Shown piece by piece: positions 29,355 through 32,000 of a stretch of DNA of 32,000 nucleotides (its first letter is position 1; each line of letters opens with the position of its first letter). A program made the position numbers and the translations under genes. The stretch is from Candidatus Saccharimonadota bacterium (GTDB taxonomy: Bacteria; Pseudomonadota; Gammaproteobacteria; Enterobacterales; Enterobacteriaceae), in the NCBI RefSeq assembly GCF_964059045.1, contig NZ_OZ060402.1, positions 180,001 through 212,000 of the forward strand, in the 5' to 3' direction. Under the pieces are notes generated by a model, which was given only the letters and a program-made list of their open reading frames with translations, was not told the DNA's origin and ran no database searches.

Positions 29355-30770
29355 ATGGGAAAAACTTTATATCAAAAGTTGTATGATCAACATATTATTT
29401 ATGAATCAAAATATGAACCATCTATTTTATATATTGATTTACATCTAATTCATGAAGTTACTTCTCCTCAAGCTTTTTCTGCATTGCGAAAATATAATAG
29501 AATTATTAGACAAACTAGAAAAACTTTTGCAACTATGGATCATAATGTTTCTACTTTAAGTAGTAATATCCAAGCTTCAGGATTAAAAGCACAATTGCAA
29601 ATGGAAACTTTAATTAAGAATTGTCAGGATTTTAATGTAAAATTATATGATTTAAATAGTTCTAAACAAGGTATAGTTCATGTTATTGGGCCTGAACAAG
29701 GTTTGACATTACCGGGTATGACTATTGTTTGTGGAGATTCACATACATCTACTCATGGTGCATTTGGTGCACTTGCATTTGGAATTGGGACTTCTGAAGT
29801 TGAACATGTTTTAGCTACTCAAACTCTTAAACAAAATCGTGCTAAAACAATGAATATACAATTAAATGGTATTATTCAAAAAGACATTACAGCTAAGGAT
29901 ATTATTTTAAGTATTATAGGAAAAGTTGGTATTTCTGCAGGAACAGGATATGTTATTGAATTTACTGGTCCTGTAGTTTCTATTTTAAGCATGGAAGCAA
30001 GAATGACGTTATGTAATATGGCTATTGAAATGGGTGCTAAATCAGCGATTATTGCACCAGACAATATAACATATAGTTATTTAAAAAATAAATTTTATTC
30101 TCCTAAAGGAGATCACTGGCAGAAAGCATTAAATTTCTGGAAAACATTAAAGTCAGACAATAATGCTATTTTTGATAAAACTATTGTCATTAATGTTACT
30201 AATATAGAACCTCAAGTAACGTGGGGGACTAATCCTGGACAAGTTAGTGCTATCAGTCACAATATACCTATGATAAATACTTTTTCTAATCCAATTGAAA
30301 GGGAATCTGCTAAAAATGCTATTTCTTACATGCAGTTACAACCTGGAATTAAATTAACAGATATTTATATAGATAAAGTTTTTATAGGTTCCTGTACTAA
30401 TTCTAGAATTGAAGATTTAAGATTAGCTGCTTCAATATTAAACAATAGACGAATAGATAAAAATATACAAGCTATTGTTGTTCCTGGATCTAAAAGTGTT
30501 AAAATACAAGCTGAAAAAGAAGGTTTAGATAAAATTTTTATTAATTCTGGTTTTGAATGGAGACTACCAGGTTGCTCAATGTGTTTAGGTATGAATAATG
30601 ATAGACTTTTACCTGGTGAAAGGTGCGCTTCAACAAGTAATAGAAATTTTGAAGGACGTCAAGGTAGAGGTGGTTTGACCCATTTAGTTAGTCCATCTAT
30701 GGCTGCAGCAGCAGCTATTTTTGGTAGATTTGTTGATATTAGACAATTAAATTCAAGAGATAAAAATTAA
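29355..30770 (+). CDS. leuC: 3-isopropylmalate dehydratase, large subunit
   Basis: [51 protein letters not shown], and the Fe-S ligand blocks [11 protein letters not shown] and GCSMCLGMN. It starts 2 nt after the leuB stop. Confidence 0.96.
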   Translation: MGKTLYQKLYDQHIIYESKYEPSILYIDLHLIHEVTSPQAFSALRKYNRIIRQTRKTFATMDHNVSTLSSNIQASGLKAQLQMETLIKNCQDFNVKLYDLNSSKQGIVHVIGPEQGLTLPGMTIVCGDSHTSTHGAFGALAFGIGTSEVEHVLATQTLKQNRAKTMNIQLNGIIQKDITAKDIILSIIGKVGISAGTGYVIEFTGPVVSILSMEARMTLCNMAIEMGAKSAIIAPDNITYSYLKNKFYSPKGDHWQKALNFWKTLKSDNNAIFDKTIVINVTNIEPQVTWGTNPGQVSAISHNIPMINTFSNPIERESAKNAISYMQLQPGIKLTDIYIDKVFIGSCTNSRIEDLRLAASILNNRRIDKNIQAIVVPGSKSVKIQAEKEGLDKIFINSGFEWRLPGCSMCLGMNNDRLLPGERCASTSNRNFEGRQGRGGLTHLVSPSMAAAAAIFGRFVDIRQLNSRDKN

Positions 30771-30774
30771 TTTT

Positions 30775-31380
30775 ATGGATAAATTTGAAGAACATACTGG
30801 TATTATAGCACCTTTAGATATTTCTAATATTGATACTGATGCTATTATTCCAAAACAATTTTTACAAAAAGTTACACGGGAAGGCTTTGGTCAATATTTG
30901 TTTCATGATTGGAGGTTCTTAGATACTCAAAGAAAAAAAGAAAATTGTAATTTTATATTAAATCAATCGCCTTATCGTTGTGCTAATGTTTTGTTATCAC
31001 GTAATAATTTTGGTTGTGGTTCTTCTAGAGAACATGCTGTTTGGGCCCTCATGGATTATGGTATTAAATTAATTATTGCCTCTAGTTTTGCAGATATATT
31101 TTATAATAATAGTTTTAATAATCATTTATTATTAATTACTTTAACAGAAGAAGAAATTGATAAAATTTTTTTAGTAGTAAAAAAAATTATAGGTATTAAA
31201 TGTTATGTAAATTTAGTTAAAAGTACAATTGAAATTAATAATCAATTATATAAATTTTTTATACCTGATTTTTATCGTGTTTGTTTATTAAATGGATTAG
31301 ATAATGTTGATTTAACTATGCAACATGAATCTTTAATTCAATGTTATGAACAGAAAATACCTATTTTTTTTCGTCATTAA
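30775..31380 (+). CDS. leuD: 3-isopropylmalate dehydratase, small subunit
   Basis: 201 aa, the same as E. coli. HTGIIAPLDISNIDTDAIIPKQFL and NFGCGSSREHAVWAL. It starts 4 nt after the leuC stop. Confidence 0.95.
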   Translation: MDKFEEHTGIIAPLDISNIDTDAIIPKQFLQKVTREGFGQYLFHDWRFLDTQRKKENCNFILNQSPYRCANVLLSRNNFGCGSSREHAVWALMDYGIKLIIASSFADIFYNNSFNNHLLLITLTEEEIDKIFLVVKKIIGIKCYVNLVKSTIEINNQLYKFFIPDFYRVCLLNGLDNVDLTMQHESLIQCYEQKIPIFFRH

Positions 31381-31640
31381 TAAATGTTTATGTTGTATCT
31401 TATTTTAAAATATTAATTAATATTGATATATAATATATACAACTATTTTTATATATACATAATTTTTTTGTAAAAGATATAATAAAATTTAATTAAATAA
31501 ATTGTTTTATTATTTATTTTATTTTTTTTAATAAGATAATTTATAAAAATATATTATATTATATAAACTATAATTTACTTATGAAATAAGCATTATTTAT
31601 TTATATTTCATAAACATGATTTGAATAATTTACATAGAAA

Positions 31641-31672
31641 TAGAGATTCAGTTCATAATATCTGAATCTCTA
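31641..31672 (+). terminator. Hairpin in the leuD-leuA spacer (11-bp perfect, G/C-containing stem)
   Basis: TAGAGATTCAG (31641-31651) pairs perfectly with CTGAATCTCTA (31662-31672). The loop is 10 nt, and AACATATTTT follows. It lies 260 nt downstream of the leuD stop and 285 nt upstream of the leuA start. Confidence 0.4.
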
Positions 31673-31956
31673 ACATATTTTGATATAAATTATATATTTT
31701 AATGTTTTATTATTGTTATAATTTAATTTTTACATATTTTTTATAATTACAATTATATATATTATCATTATATAATTATAAAAGCATATGTATACCTTGT
31801 TTGAATTCAATATTAATGTATTTGATGATCTATATTTGCAATAAATATTTTAATATATATTTATATATATAATATTTTTAATAAAAAGCATTTTTATCAA
31901 AAATAGTATATTATTTTTGGTTTTATTAAATTTATAAAATAACAGTAGGTATGAAC

Positions 31957-32000
31957 ATGAAAGAAAGAATTATAATTTTTGATACAACATTAAGAGATGG
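31957..32000 (+). CDS. leuA: 2-isopropylmalate synthase, first 14 codons only (continues beyond the window)
   Basis: MKERIIIFDTTLRDG matches the LeuA N-terminus (E. coli MSQQVIIFDTTLRDGEQ). An AGG motif lies 7 nt upstream. The in-frame ATG at 31951 is an alternative start. Confidence 0.8.
   Translation, partial: MKERIIIFDTTLRD

Overview
This is a very AT-rich window from a reduced gammaproteobacterial genome. Protein identities and gene order (ackA-pta / yfaE-nrdBA-gyrA / ahpC-ung-grpE-nadK-ssrA-grxD-rnt-sodA-pth-ychF / thrCBA-hpt-pcnB-dksA-truA) match what I recall for an obligate insect endosymbiont of the Buchnera aphidicola type; that assignment rests on memory, not a search. I can support 25 complete and 2 partial CDS, all apparently intact housekeeping or amino-acid-biosynthesis genes with lengths close to their E. 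coli orthologues, plus one tmRNA gene. I see no rRNA or tRNA genes, CRISPR arrays, transposases, phage genes or recognisable defence or secretion systems, so most of the window is ordinary. Four things stand out. (1) A 154-bp perfect palindrome built from 24-bp tandem units fills the gap between two convergent genes (10797-10973). (2) The leucine cluster is chromosomal and in the permuted order leuB-leuC-leuD-(576-bp spacer)-leuA next to truA, which suggests integration of a circular leuABCD element. (3) A near-consensus sigma-32 heat-shock promoter is preserved upstream of grpE. (4) There are several long perfect hairpins, long homopolymer tracts, and 300-600 bp AT-only spacers that look like deletion scars. 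All coordinates and repeat matches were checked by eye on the given sequence. No database search was possible.
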